A DNA stretch of 64,000 bases from Selaginella moellendorffii. Its lineage: Eukaryota; Plantae; Lycopodiophyta. Where the stretch lies: positions 1 through 64,000 of the forward strand of contig NW_003314393.1 of assembly GCF_000143415.4 (NCBI RefSeq), written 5' to 3'. Shown piece by piece: positions 1 through 12,379 of this stretch (positions within the stretch are counted from its first letter, which is position 1; the number at the start of each line of letters is the position of its first letter). The notes beneath the pieces are model-generated. The model was not told where the DNA came from and did no database searches. It saw nothing but the letters and a program-made list of their open reading frames with translations. The position numbers were made by a program, and so were the translations under genes.

Positions 1-774
1 GGAGCCAGTTTAGCCAGGAAAGGCTAGTTTGGCCCAGGAAAGGCTAGTTTGGCCCAGGAAAGGCTAGTTTAGCCCAGGAAGGCCATACCCAGTGTTGGGT
101 GATGAACTGACCATTGGGAAGTCCAAGACTGGAGTGAATACGGACCGACAAGTGGGGTAGCTTGGTGAAGTGTTCAAGAGTCGGCTTTAGTTCCCCCGGG
201 AGATCGACTGTCCAATGCTCCCAGTCCAAGTGTGGGTGGCACTACCTACTTGGATACCTAGTGTGGCTAGGAAGTCCTAGAGGACCGTGGGACTTAATGG
301 TCGGGCCTGTGGGCCTTGATCCAGTGGTAGTGTTGGCGAACACGGCCATGGGCAGAAAGGGACTTGGTGAAGACCGGAAAAGGGATATTGGGGAAGGCTA
401 TTCCCCATGTCTATGGGCATCCTAAGGATGCTAAGGAGTGGATCTGGAATGATCACTCATGGACGGATGGCCCAGTCCTAAAGAAGTGGGTCTGTGATGC
501 AAGTGGTGTTAGACCACCGGTGTGACCAAGGTAAAGGGGCATGGCCTTAGCGTAACGGGCTGATATGTCAGTGGTACCTTGGGGTGTCGGTCATGGGATC
601 GGACACGTGGAGCACTTGGATCAAGTGCAAAGGTTGAGTGGTGGGGACGCCATTCTCGGGGCTAGCAAGCCCAAGTCTGAAATAGGATTTATGGAGGTTA
701 TGAGTGAGACTCCTCCAAGTGGTTGGAGGTGTGGTTAAGTGACTAAAGTAGAATGGAAAATTTAGTCGCTTACA
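1..774 (+). mobile_element. 3' part of an LTR of the non-autonomous LTR family (same family as 29910-37103)
   Basis: Reverse complement of the start of the 29910-31461 LTR; ends ...GTCGCTTACA at 774; no PBS follows, so it is a 3' LTR or solo LTR. Confidence 0.9.
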
Positions 775-2539
775 GTATACCTTGATTGAGGAGTGTCTTT
801 CTAGTGTCCTGAAGAGCATCTAGCGTCTTGATTGATGTAGTGCATGTGGTTTTTACCCTTTATTCTATGGTGATTTACCATAGGATAACCACAGAATGGA
901 ACCTAAATCATCTATATGCCACATGTCGCATGCCACATATCACATGCCACGTGTCCAAAGGATAGTGGTGTGGAACCTGAGTTTCAGGGCCTTGGGCCAC
1001 TGAATAAAGGAACGGTGCCAAACTCCCAAACATGGAGCCGAGAAGTGATGGCATTGGAGCATAGAACAACTCCCAAGCATAGAGCCCAAGGAGCAAAGGG
1101 ACAAGAGTGCGAAGCAATTTGGAACAGTTCTAGAGTATCTAGCATCCCAATGCCAAGGCCAGCATGCAATATAAAGCCAAACGAAGTCTGGCGCTATTTC
1201 AGCATACCAATGGCTTAACATGAGGATATGGGTACTCCACCAACTAGCATGGTGTGGAGCTTAGGCTTAGACCCAAGCCGGACGCAAAACAAGGATAGGC
1301 ACACAAGCGGGAGCTAGATTATGCCTTAGGTTGGTTGGCCATGCCTAACCTACCCACTATCCCTACTATAAATTTGGAACCCCCCACAGCCCCCCCCTTG
1401 AGGAACACACGCTTTGGGCTTTCACCCCAAGCCTCCCTTAGTATCAGGAGTTAGTCTCTGGGACAAGCTTGAAACTTACTAAATATGGAATGTCCTTAGA
1501 TTGTGAATTTGGACATGGGACGAATACCATTGTGTTTAGGACAATCTCTACATTCCGTAAATATGCCAAATGAGCAAATCTGGACACTTTCCATAAATAG
1601 CATTTGAGACCCAAATGAGACTAACACAAAGGGCATAATAGCGAGGTGTTTGGCAGACACAGTAAGCTATCATATAACGAATATTGAGGGACTAATCTCA
1701 ATATCACAGGGGTTCCCAACACTAGCAAGTGCAAGTCAACAATATATGTTCCTCGTCACCGTGCTAAGTATGCTTGACTAAATGACAACGTAGGATTTCC
1801 TTCTTTAGTGCCCTTCTGGTCTAAGTGCACATGTGATGACTAGTTTCTCAACTAGCTTAGGCAGAGACTGATAATGGGTCCAGCAATACCGACCTCCTGC
1901 CATCATGGCAGTAAGGAAAGAATATCCGAAAGGACTAGTTGATAGGTAACTTTCGATATCCAAAGTCACATTCACGACAATTGAGAAGTATATTGAAGCA
2001 TATTGCGAGATTCAAGTGCTTTTCTCTCACCCTTCTGTCAGCCACAAATGTTTCCTTTCTAATTTGCCAGCTTACTTCGTCTATTCGTCCAACACTGCCT
2101 TGGCTTTTGCTAAATTCCCTTGCCAAGGTTCTCGCCTATGGTACCAGCTCTTATTCAGTCCTACTTGGTTTCAACTACTTACTGCACGAGCAACGGAGCG
2201 TTAGCTATCTAGCAAACCTAGTAGCCCTGAAAGCATGACCAAAATGACACCAAACCTTAGTTGTAAAACCCTAAAAATTAATAGTCACGATCAATGGTCA
2301 TGATCAATGGTAATGATTTTCATTCTCTTTAATGGTGATTGCTTCCTAGATTCTAGTGATATGTCAATTTTTTAACCAATACTTTAATTTTGCAAATAGT
2401 AGGATATATTTACTGAACAAATCCACTATGAACATAGATTTGACATGTTCTTTCCAAGGACACAATCATTCAATGCTTTAGATATTCAAATATGTGTGAT
2501 TGATTGTGAGAGGAATAATACTATTGATATTACTACACA

Positions 2540-3497
2540 CCAAACAACCTTTCTGAGCTTGACTCTCTCTCACTTATCACAAAAAAATGAAACTCTCTTG
2601 AAGGGAAGATAGTATGGATATGAGAGGGAGAACAAGCTATCAACCCTATAACTCTTTTGATTAATCGGCAACTCTTGTTTATAACCCCATTCATTTCAAC
2701 AATATTATTCCTCTCATAATCAATTATATAATTAATATGGGTGGCTCTTTAAAATTGTCATATATCTCTAGATTCTAAACTGTTATATGTTTTGTTAAAA
2801 TAATTAACTTGTCTTTTGCAAGGACATAACTAATTAAAGCTTGCAATATAGAATAATATCTTTGTTCTTTCTTGTCATTTTCTCCCCAAAGTTTTTCTAA
2901 GTGCTCTAGCAAGAAGAAAATATGAGAGAATTTTACTTGAAGTTTGATCAAGAGCCTCCAATTGTTTTCTCTAAGAGTGTTATAGGAAAGAGTTTCCTCT
3001 ACAAAAGATTCAAATTGAAACCAAGATCAGTTAGTTTGGAGAATGTATATTGCAATAAAGGTAATCAAATAGAAAAATCCATTCTTCTTGACAGTGGATA
3101 GTGGTGTGGGAAAGAATGAGATTCATTGAGATCTTGATAGATGTACATGTCAGAAGATTCTAGTTACAAGATCTCCAAAGCGAGGAGAGGAGAGTGCATC
3201 AATTTCATAGCTAACTATGCAAAGAGTGAAGGATGAGGTTGTTATTCTTTCCAATGATGACAATGAAGAAGATGAGCTTCCCGACATAACTTCCCAAATA
3301 AGGAGATGCGTTCCTTTTGGACTAGTTTTGAAGCAGTGGATAAGGCATTTTGGCAGTTTTGATCATTACAAATGGAATTGAAGGAGTTTGAGTACATGAG
3401 AGGCAAAGAGCTTCTATTTTCCTATAATGGGAATATATTCTTTGAATTTCCACCTGCCAGTTCGTCAAGTAGGAAGAGGGGCATGGAGACATGTCTT
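2540..3497 (+). pseudogene. Fragment of the Mutator-like element (upstream region and 5' end of the transposase), second copy
   Basis: Diverged reverse complement of ~49860-50690, e.g. TTTTGTTAAAATAATTAACTTGTC and ...DEVVILSNDDNEEDELPDI...; boundaries approximate. Confidence 0.75.
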
Positions 3498-3519
3498 GAT
3501 CCACATAATTAGTGCAGGG

Positions 3520-3543
3520 AAGCTCTATTTCGTTAAAGTGGGA
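3520..3543 (+). repeat. Left terminal inverted repeat of E1
   Basis: AAGCTCTATTTCGTTAAAGTGGGA; the same motif lies at 17045-17068, 25040-25063, 26440-26463, 45111-45134 and 53721-53744. Confidence 0.95.
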
Positions 3544-3961
3544 ATCGTCATTATCCCACTTGTAAAATAAGGTTTCCAAACCTTTATATAGTATATAAAT
3601 ATAACAAAATTCAACTGCATTGAGGCACATGCCATTTTATTTTAAACAAGGAAATGTCTACTCAATCACTTCTCCTCCCCCTGCCACTGCTTCACCTCTC
3701 TCTTCTCCTTGTCATCGTTGTCCAATTTCTTTCCATCCTTTTAATATTGGCTCAGTTGCTCCGAGTCTAGGTGGAGCCCAAGTCCCCATTCAATCTTTAC
3801 TTTCCCCTTATTAATAAAACAACTTCGTAGACTTCCAATAACATGCTGTAACACTTCTAGTATAATGCAAATCCTCTCAAAGAATTATCTTTTAATATTA
3901 ATACAATGGCATGGAACCCCATGCCATAATAAGTTACATTTTTAAATAAATACATGCCATC

Positions 3962-4824
3962 TCAAACTGTTATTTTTTGCCTCCAACGCCTATACAATAA
4001 TCTTGGAATTTCATCACTCTCCACACTATCAGGATTTAAACCCAATAGTAATGCCATCTCTTCTCTAATATGTCCATGCTCATGTTTAGTGGTTGAAGAA
4101 CCCATCCGGTTGAGCAGATTATGGAGATGCGGATAGTGCTTGGCTAGACAATATACATGCCATAAATGATGACTGGTGTCTGTCCGATCAAATGGCTTCT
4201 GATATACCGTTCCATCTGCCATTTGGTTGATTTCTGCAGCCACCTCCTGGATTGGCCGGTTCTCTATCACCATCGCTTCAAGCCATTTTGCAAGGTCCCC
4301 CAGAACATACGGTTTCTTCTCCCTAGTTTCCATACTGCAAGAGATGGGGTGCACTGCATATGTGTGCGTGTTCGCTGCAGTTTTAATCGGCGAGTTATCG
4401 ATGATGAGGATTTCACTTGACCTAGCAGTCCGGTTCATCACTACAGCCTCTGGCTTGACGAAGATGGGCTTGCTACCCCTCACATGGACCATAGTCAAGC
4501 AATCCTCCTGCGTTAGGAGAAAGTCAAATGGTAATATTACTCGCGTCTGATCGTGCATCATCTATAGCAACGTTAATGCATTGTGGCGCATCATGGATGT
4601 CCAAACTCCCAATTGCAAATTGAACCCGGCCCTCTGTTTTAAGTGTCGCATGGTCATTATTAGATCCCGCAGTTTCTCCCGTGTGATTAATGTGAATCTG
4701 TCTCTTTTGACCAACTTGCGACCGCAGGCTTTGGAGGGTGCAGTGACATTCGAGGACGAGCCACGCTCATGGGAGAAAAGGACACTGTTCAGATCAAAAA
4801 TGATACAGTACTTTCGCCATGACT
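3962..4824 (-). CDS. Last exon of cargo gene: FCP1/NIF-like HAD phosphatase domain (premature stop at 4562-4564)
   Basis: Motifs IIFDLNSVL (E2: IVFDLNGVL), LGVWTSMMRHN, TQEDC...KPIFVK and ILIIDNSPIKTAAN...VHP match the DLNG-type FCP1-homology/NIF family. Confidence 0.8.
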
Positions 4825-6796
4825 CTGAAATGAAATGTGTCAGCATAAAAAATGGTACAAGTCAATTTTACCATCTATAATATTAGCGAATGGTGCTCCC
4901 GATGGTCGTTCAGAGGGTTTTGGTCGAGGAAACGTGAAGGGCAGAAATACTCTCCTCTGCAATGTGGGGTCAATCGCATCCGATGGCATGTGGGCACATG
5001 CCATTTCAGCTGTAGACTCTAGTACAACTGGCTCAACAGTGGCATGGGGTGGTTTCGATGGCGTGTGATCACACGCCATTTCAGCTGGTGCCTCCGTTGG
5101 CAAAGTGGACATGACCGAACAGGTAGCAGGGGCGGTGTAGGGAGGTTCCAACGGCACGTAGTCAGACGATTGGGCACACGTTGAGTCCGTTGGAAATGAG
5201 GATACGACCGGCTCGGCGGTTGGGGCGGCCTCATGCAGGTCCAATGGCGCCTGGTCACCGTCAGTTGGATACGTGGACAAGATTGACTCAGTGGTATGGG
5301 CAGCATCAAGTGGAGCGTGGTCAGCTTGCTTGGCGTTGATATGGATAGTAGCCTCCACCAGCTCTGATGACTCTTGCAGGCAAGTAGAGTCCACTGGCGG
5401 ATTCATATGCATGTCCAAATATCTCCCTTCGATTGAGATGGTATCCTCCCTACTGGCTACTAAAAACAAACTCATTAGCACATTGAATCGACTATACTGT
5501 ATTTACCATCAACTGCTATTGAGGAACTAGGACCGATATCACTTGGGCGCACTGCTGATTCTGAAGGATTGGACATACGTTTCGACCCTTGCTTGGCACT
5601 ATCCTTCCTCGACACTAAAGGCTAGAGTTTGTATCTTAATTCAACTGAATAATCTCTACTTACCATTTCTTCTGCGACCTACATAGACAATGTTAGAAAT
5701 GGTAAAAGGTTAACAATGGATGTACTATTATTTACCTGATGGTTTGTCTTGTATGACCTTCCTCCGCTGCTCTTTGGCCACCTCAGGCTAGCCATCGTCG
5801 TCATCATCGTCGTCGTCGTTATTGTGATCGTCACCATTGTGAGGACCATCCAAGTCCTCTTCGTCCTCCTCTTCTTCGTCCTCCTCTTCTTCATCCTCCT
5901 CTTCTTTGTCCTCCTCTTCGTCCTTTTGCTCTTCCTGCTCATTATCTTTCTTTGGCTCCTCATCCCCCTCCTGCATTTCTTCCATAGGCTGCTTAGGCTG
6001 GATGGCTTGTTTTTCCAGGACCATCTTGGGAAAATCATCTGGCCGAGTCTCCATCTCAAAATACAAGACATCCATAGCCTGTTTTAGTGCCTGACCTAGG
6101 ACCGTATCCTCACCCGACTGTCTTAACATGGTTTCTGCACGTTCTTGCACCCTTCGAAGACGACGAGATGAGAAAAACATGGCCCTGACTTGAAAAGCAT
6201 CCCTCATCCATTGTACCTCTCCATTGAGATTGGGGAAGGGGAGTCCGCCATAGGAATCTGAGTCAGGAGGTGGTGACTGGCTCCTTTCACTCAGCCCTTG
6301 ATCTGCAATGAATGGCATGAGCACACACGCCATAACCGCGAGGCATTACCTATCATCTTTTCGTTGCCCTTCTTCCTTTTCGAATCAAACGCCTCTGATC
6401 CCGACGACTATCCAACGTGCTTTCGCTTTTTATGACCACTGTCAGTTTGAGCTTGGCTGGTGCTTGCCTGTTTTGCCTTTGAAGAAGTGTCTCCTGCAAG
6501 GAATGGCATGAGACCACACGCCATTGCAAATATAATTTGTACCTCCTTTTTTCCTATTGCTTGTCTATTTGTCCTTCTTCGACGCGCCACCAGTGCGCTT
6601 TTCAGTCCTCGTGTCTGAATATTCACAACGATCTATAATCAAAATGGCGTGAGGCCTCACGTGACCTTACCTTGTGCAGGTTGTGAGCTCGGCCTAACAT
6701 TAGTAGCTGTTAACGCTGTTTCAGCATCTGGAGGTGGCCACGCTCCTGCATACAAAGCTTGTGAGATAACATTTAAACTTAAAGTGCGTACTCACC

Positions 6797-8833
6797 AGGT
6801 TCACAGAGAAGATACTGTTTTTCTTTGGCAACTGTAATTATATGCTCCATTGAAGTCACCTCTTCAATGGAGTTTGTCACCGCAACACACGGGACACCCT
6901 TGAGTAGTGCGGCTCGAAAGAATAGTCCGCCGCAGTTGTACTCGACAACGCATTTGCCCTTGGAGTCACCCGCTATTGTGTTGAAGACCCAGCTGAGCAT
7001 TTCCCATGTTGCACCTGGAGCTTTCTTTGGATTCGAAAGCTCCATAGCCGTCTTCAGTTCCTCAGGCACGGGTAAATTGACCTCCCTCAGATCAATTCGA
7101 TCGGCCTTGTCGAACGAAGCTGGGAAGTCACTCCAGTCCCACTCTGCTGCAGGACCAATAACAAGGGCGAGTGTGAAGATGCGGACATTCGTCGATATCT
7201 TCTTCTTAGCCATTATCCCATGGATCTCCCGCATCTCCTTGCCTTTCAACCGAGCCTTCACCTCGTTCAAGGCCTTCCAGAACTTGTGATAGGATTCGGA
7301 GTCGTAGATCATATAGTGGATTGAAGATTCCACCTCCGCAAGTCCCACCATTAAGTCAATGATGGAACTGACTTCGTCTGCATGAGTGATCTCTTCGTTT
7401 GTGAAGTCCATCATACAAAAGATGTTCTTGACCTGCTCATCTCCGCGGGAAACGATGCTCCTCCACCTTTGATCCTCATCCGAATTCACGTATACCCGGT
7501 AAGGTTCTCGATAGGCCTCTGCTGCAGGGTCAAGCTGTTTCTGAAGCCGGCGGTCGACATCCCTCTTAATGAAATTTGGATACTGATCCAACTTCTCAGC
7601 TTTACTTTTCGTGGCATCCCGCAGCAGATCGATGAACTTGGGGGCCCCCTTCACGTACTCGTCGATGTCTTCATTTGACAACTCCAGCTCTTCCATCATC
7701 TCTTGCGTGGTGTCGATGCTCACCCTCTCCACGGCCACTTGCTCGAAGATCCAATCCTTCAATAGCGCACGAGCTCTCAGAGTTGTGCACAAGTCCTTGT
7801 ATGTCACAATATGGCCGGGAGTCATTTTGGTCTTGTTGAAGACTACCTCACCACGTAGAAGAGCATTAGCCACTGTCAGAAGGTCGTCGTCGTCTAGAGA
7901 CCGCGAGAAACGCAAGGCGTTGAGCTTCAAATCATTGGGCTTCCGGCCGTCCTCCACACCCATTGAGTTTAGCAACTCCCCGTCATGGTACCTCCTCAGC
8001 ACATCTACCCATTTGTCAAAAACAACTTTTGTCGCGAGTAGAATGTTATGGATGCTGAGTGTGTCATTGACCCCCAGTGTTTTCGAGAGAAGACTCGAGA
8101 ATTCCTGCAATGGAAATGGCGTGAGGCCACATGCTATGCCACATGCAACGAGGCTTACCTGCCAGGCGCTAGTTGCTAGTGCACGTCCTTGTCCTGGTTT
8201 TTGTGGCTTCTTCAGTTGAACCCAGAGCTTCCGTGTTCGTGCCAATGTCTCGTGCAGACCCGATTTGTAGCACGTTTCTTGCTTGACATTCTGTGCGTGG
8301 GAGATGTATATGATAGATCGGAGGGGCGAGTTGCCTTTTATCAGGCGGACAACTCTTGTCTTGAAGACTTTCTTCACCTCCTCACCCACCATAATATCCA
8401 CAACTATCTGTTGCATCGCCAAGCTAGAATGCTGCCTGGAGACAGCATAGAACCGGATGTTCTGATTGTCCAACACCTTCCTATTGATCAAGTCTGGAAA
8501 CCTCGTCTCGCCCTTCATTGTTCGGTAGTAGGGGATCACGTCTGCGATGTCGGGTGTTACTGGACTTGCCAGCATCTTCTGCTTCAGTTTCTCCACCCAC
8601 TCATCAGATACTAGCCTGTGGTTGTATTTGTTTTGGATGTCGATACGGCTCACGTCGATTGTATATACTTTGTTGGAATAGTAACAAGTACTATTATCTG
8701 CGACGATTTTTGCTACCTCTTCTTGCTCTTTCTGCTCTTTGCGGCTCTTCTTTTTGGTGGGTGTAGTGTTCGAACCCAAGGCAATGGCATCACCGAGTAG
8801 CTTCTTTTTTGGAGCAGTAGAGTCGTAGTTCAT
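6797..8833 (-). CDS. Cargo gene core: ParB/Srx-like N-domain (~8290-8665) and degenerate beta-class N4/N6 DNA methyltransferase-like domain (~6800-7500)
   Basis: IDVSRI..NHRLVSDEWVEKLKQKM..ADVI..FYAVS(G/R)QHS.LA follows the ParB R..V..L / DGxHR layout. KKAP..WEMLSWVFN..GDSKGKCVVEYNCGG.FFRAALLKGVPCVAV resembles MTase motifs X-I-II. Confidence 0.6.
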
Positions 8834-11063
8834 AGACCCGCAGCGTCTTTGAAATTGTGGGCCTCCTAGACAACCTCTCCCTAGCTCCCTCTAGGAATTC
8901 CTCATAGCCGCTGCCCCCCTCCGGGAAGCCGCTAGGATGTGCAAGGTGGATCTTGAAGGCGGACACTGTCTCTACCACAAGTGCCAGTCCATATTCTTGC
9001 ATGGAATTGCATGGAGTGTCTGTCACTTGGATGAGGATCCCCATGCATTCTTTTCTCCCACCATCTGTGTTGTACAGCCTCAGATCCTCGCCTTCCATCC
9101 CGAAAGTCCAACTGGTGAGCTCCTCCCCCTTCTCTGCATCCACATTGACAGTGGCTGGAAGAAGAACGCAATTCCTCGCCTGTTCAGAAATGCACAACAA
9201 TTAGAGCTGACAGATATAAAGCTAGCAACTGGAAATAACGTGAGGCTACACGCCATTCACCACTGCATCAGATGTCTTGAGGCTGCATCCTAAGATGGCG
9301 TGAGGCTACACGCCATCTGTAACCGAATTGCACTCGAGAGCCCAATCGGTGCATGCCAATGTTGCTACTGAATGGCATGTGGCCTCATGCCATTTTCTAC
9401 TTGGCTTAAAAGACTTACCATTTGAAGCCGAATGGAGGCCGTGACAATCGAGGCCGGACTCGCTGGCGAATGTGCACTGTGTGTGCAGCGGATCGTAGCA
9501 GCAAGGCTACTCTGCCACTTACAGTTGGAGAGTGGCGCTGAAATCTGCCGGGATGCCAAGTGGGCTGCGTGTGGGTGGCGGAGTGGGCGGCGGAGTTGGC
9601 GGCGAAGTTACAAACTGGGTGTGTCTTGAAGTGGACGCCGATGCACACGAGCGCGATGCGAGCGCGAGTGTGATGCAAGCGTGAGTGGACGCCGATGCAC
9701 ACGAGAAACCTGTAGAGAAGTGAGCGTGACCGCGAGTGGGAGCGCGATGCGAGCGGGAGCGCGAGTGTGATGCGAGCGCTAGCGCGAGTGTGCGAGCGCG
9801 AGTACGAAGCAAAATGCAAAACCTAACCTCACACACGCGAAATGTCACAACGGTTGGTAATCCCGCCACGTCATCATTCCTCGGACTTGGGCGCCACCAT
9901 TAATGTCTGGATTGCCGCGCGCATGCAAGCACGCAAAATCCAAAAGAAATCCGCAATGTCATCATTCCTCGGACTGCATGCACGCGAAATCCAAAAGAAA
10001 GATCATGATTGGGATATCATTTAATACCCTCGCTATATTTATACCATGCATGATTGGATATTCCAAAGCATCTTGTATTTCCAAAAATGGCAAATGTTCA
10101 GCTAAATAAAGAAATTCTATCTGTTTCTATTTTTCTCTCAAATCAATATTATAGCGTGTGGGCTCATGCAATTTTGAACCAAAGAAACCCAAAAAACGTT
10201 GGACCCAAAATATTTTGAAAAAACCCAAAAAACCCTAAACATTTTAAACCCAAAAATCCAGGCGTCCTGTGGCGTTATTCCTTGAATGGCGTGTGGGCGC
10301 ATGCCATTTTCAGGGCCAAATGCTGAATGGAGAAAAATTCCCTTTCAGTGCAAATGCTGCAAGAGGCAGATGCCGAGCACAAAGGACTGTAACTACCTCA
10401 CATGACACAGATAAACTTTTCTCTATTTGGCAAAGATAAACTTTATAGCGTGTCGGCTCATGCAATTTTGAACCCAAAAAATGCACCAAAAAATACTCGG
10501 CGTAATTTGGCGTTATCTCTTGAATGGCGTGGGGCCGCAATGCCATCCCAGTGAATATGTTGAATGGCGTGGGGCCGCATGCCATTTTCAGGGGCACATA
10601 GGAGTATATTCCTAGGATATTCTGACACGCACGAGATGTTTTTGAGTTTTCTGGAGATCCAACCGTTAGATCGCAACTAGATTTTATAAAATGGTATACA
10701 ATGTCTTTTTTTATGAGCCTGCAAAGAAGCATCTCAATCGGACACCACATGAGACCACACGAGCCTTACAATGTTTCAGGGGCATTTGCCATAGATCCGA
10801 CCGTTATTTTGCTCCAAGATTTTACAGTTTGGTGTGCATTGACCTTTCCATCGACACTGCAAAGGGACATCACAATCAGATGCGGGATCACAAGAAACTA
10901 ACTTCACTAACTCTGGTTTCACCAAGATCTACGTAAAGAGTTATGAAATGAAAGGACCCTCTCTATTGAAATGTGTTTATGGTCCTAGGGGCATTGTGAC
11001 ATATCAAAGGATTTTGCATCAAGTTCTGTATTTGCATGTTTATCAAGCTACTGAATTGCTAAC

Positions 11064-11084
11064 CCCTAAACCCTAAACCCTAAA
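11064..11084. repeat. (CCCTAAA)x3 plant telomeric/telo-box repeat inside the transposon
   Basis: CCCTAAACCCTAAACCCTAAA; equivalent sites in E2 (~39612-39637) and E3 (~59328-59346 and ~60191-60209). Confidence 0.85.
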
Positions 11085-11944
11085 CATGTGGCAAATGCTG
11101 CGTGAAGAAAGATGCCCTTTCTGGGCAAATGCTGTAAGAGGCAGATGCCGAGCAGATGTATCTCAGGCTAGCGAAGGGGACAAACGAAAGCTAGCTATAA
11201 ACATGACGAGATGCAAATAGATTACTAGGCTGGTCCTGCGAAAATCAAAAACCATAATTGAAAACATTGAAAATGCAAAAAGAAAGGTTTATAATATTTT
11301 TGAATTTTAAGCAACCAAAGGAATGTAAGTAGGGCATGTGTTTGTAAGTTTAAAAATGCCTCAACCACTTAAATTCCCAAGTAAATAAAGCTGTTTCTAT
11401 TTTTGGTACAGGTAAACTTTATAGCGTGTGGGCTCATGCAATTTTGAACCCAAAAATGCACCAAAAAATGCTCGACTAGCATTATTCTTTGAATGGCGTG
11501 TGGCCTTATATTGCCATAAATGGACGTACACACAGAGCATAATTATTCCTTTACACGGCGAATAATCTTGGCACGGATCGCTGACATGGCATGGCAAAGT
11601 TCGAATCACTGACATGGCACAGCTGGATCGAGGCAAGGATATGATGTGACAAAGTTCAACCTCCGACAGCAAAGTCTAGAAGTTACTCAGTTTGAAATTT
11701 GACAAAGGAGTCATAAGATCTGGTTTGTCAGAGGATTTGATGTGACGTTCAAGCGTGTGTTATTTTTGAATTCTCGAACTCATTCCTAGGTCTATCATTT
11801 TTGTGCGCTGTGTTCTTGGTTCTGCTGAGTGCAGTGAGCACTGCTTGTGTAAGTGGCGTTGTGAGCTGTGGTTTATGCGTCTACGAGCGGTTGCGGCATT
11901 GCGAGCGCCATTGCGAGCGGCAATTTATGCGAGTGGTAGTTTGT

Positions 11945-12016
11945 GCGAGCGGCGCTACGAGCAGTTGCGGTGTTGCGAGCGGCACTACGAGTAGTTGCGG
12001 TGTTGTGAGCGGCACT
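11945..12016. repeat. 30-bp tandem repeat (~2.4 copies) upstream of the transposase
   Basis: Unit GCGAGCGGCRCTACGAGYAGTTGCGGTGTT. Confidence 0.8.
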
Positions 12017-12379
12017 GTCTTCGGTGTGGCTACCGCTTCCTCTTGATATTCGGCACTTGTGCTTCCTGGTATGTTCACCATGGAATGGCTTAGGACCACA
12101 TTTAGAAATGGCATGAGGCCACATGCCATCTTGGGCCCTTGCAATTTCATGGCTAGCGTATTGTCATGTATGTTTTTACTTGCCTGCAGCTGTGTGTATA
12201 TCAAGATGGCATGAGGCCTCATGCCAATTTTGTGAATGCGAAATTTCACGTGGGTGTCAATAGCATGTTTGAATAATGGCATGTGGCCTCATGCTATTGA
12301 GGTTGTTTGGTATGTTATGATTTAGGCCATTCTCCAATCATTTTTTGTATGGTCTTAACTTCTTTTCTGCACTTTCAGA

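Larger units (their letters stand above)
3962..9421 (-). pseudogene. E1 cargo gene, ~11 exons: ParB-like + amino-MTase-like + acidic linker + FCP1/NIF phosphatase (~1,600 aa when repaired)
   Basis: ATG at 9421 directly followed by GTAAGT; GT-AG introns at 9180-9418, 8105-8158, 6633(or 6615)-6670, 6494-6542, 6303-6349 and others join ORFs 8790-9200, 6779-8833, 6408-6626, 5788-6333, 4840-5481, 4562-4846 and 3962-4561 in frame. E1 has a frameshifting ~160-bp deletion near 8829 relative to E3 and CAG>TAG stops. Confidence 0.75.

Noticed and set aside
6797-8833. Bacterial contamination or prophage (ParB-MTase)
   Set aside because: The gene has spliceosomal GT-AG introns and lies between eukaryotic TIRs nested with plant retrotransposons.
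11064-11084. Telomere or chromosome-fusion scar
   Set aside because: Only about three units, at the same internal position in every transposon copy.
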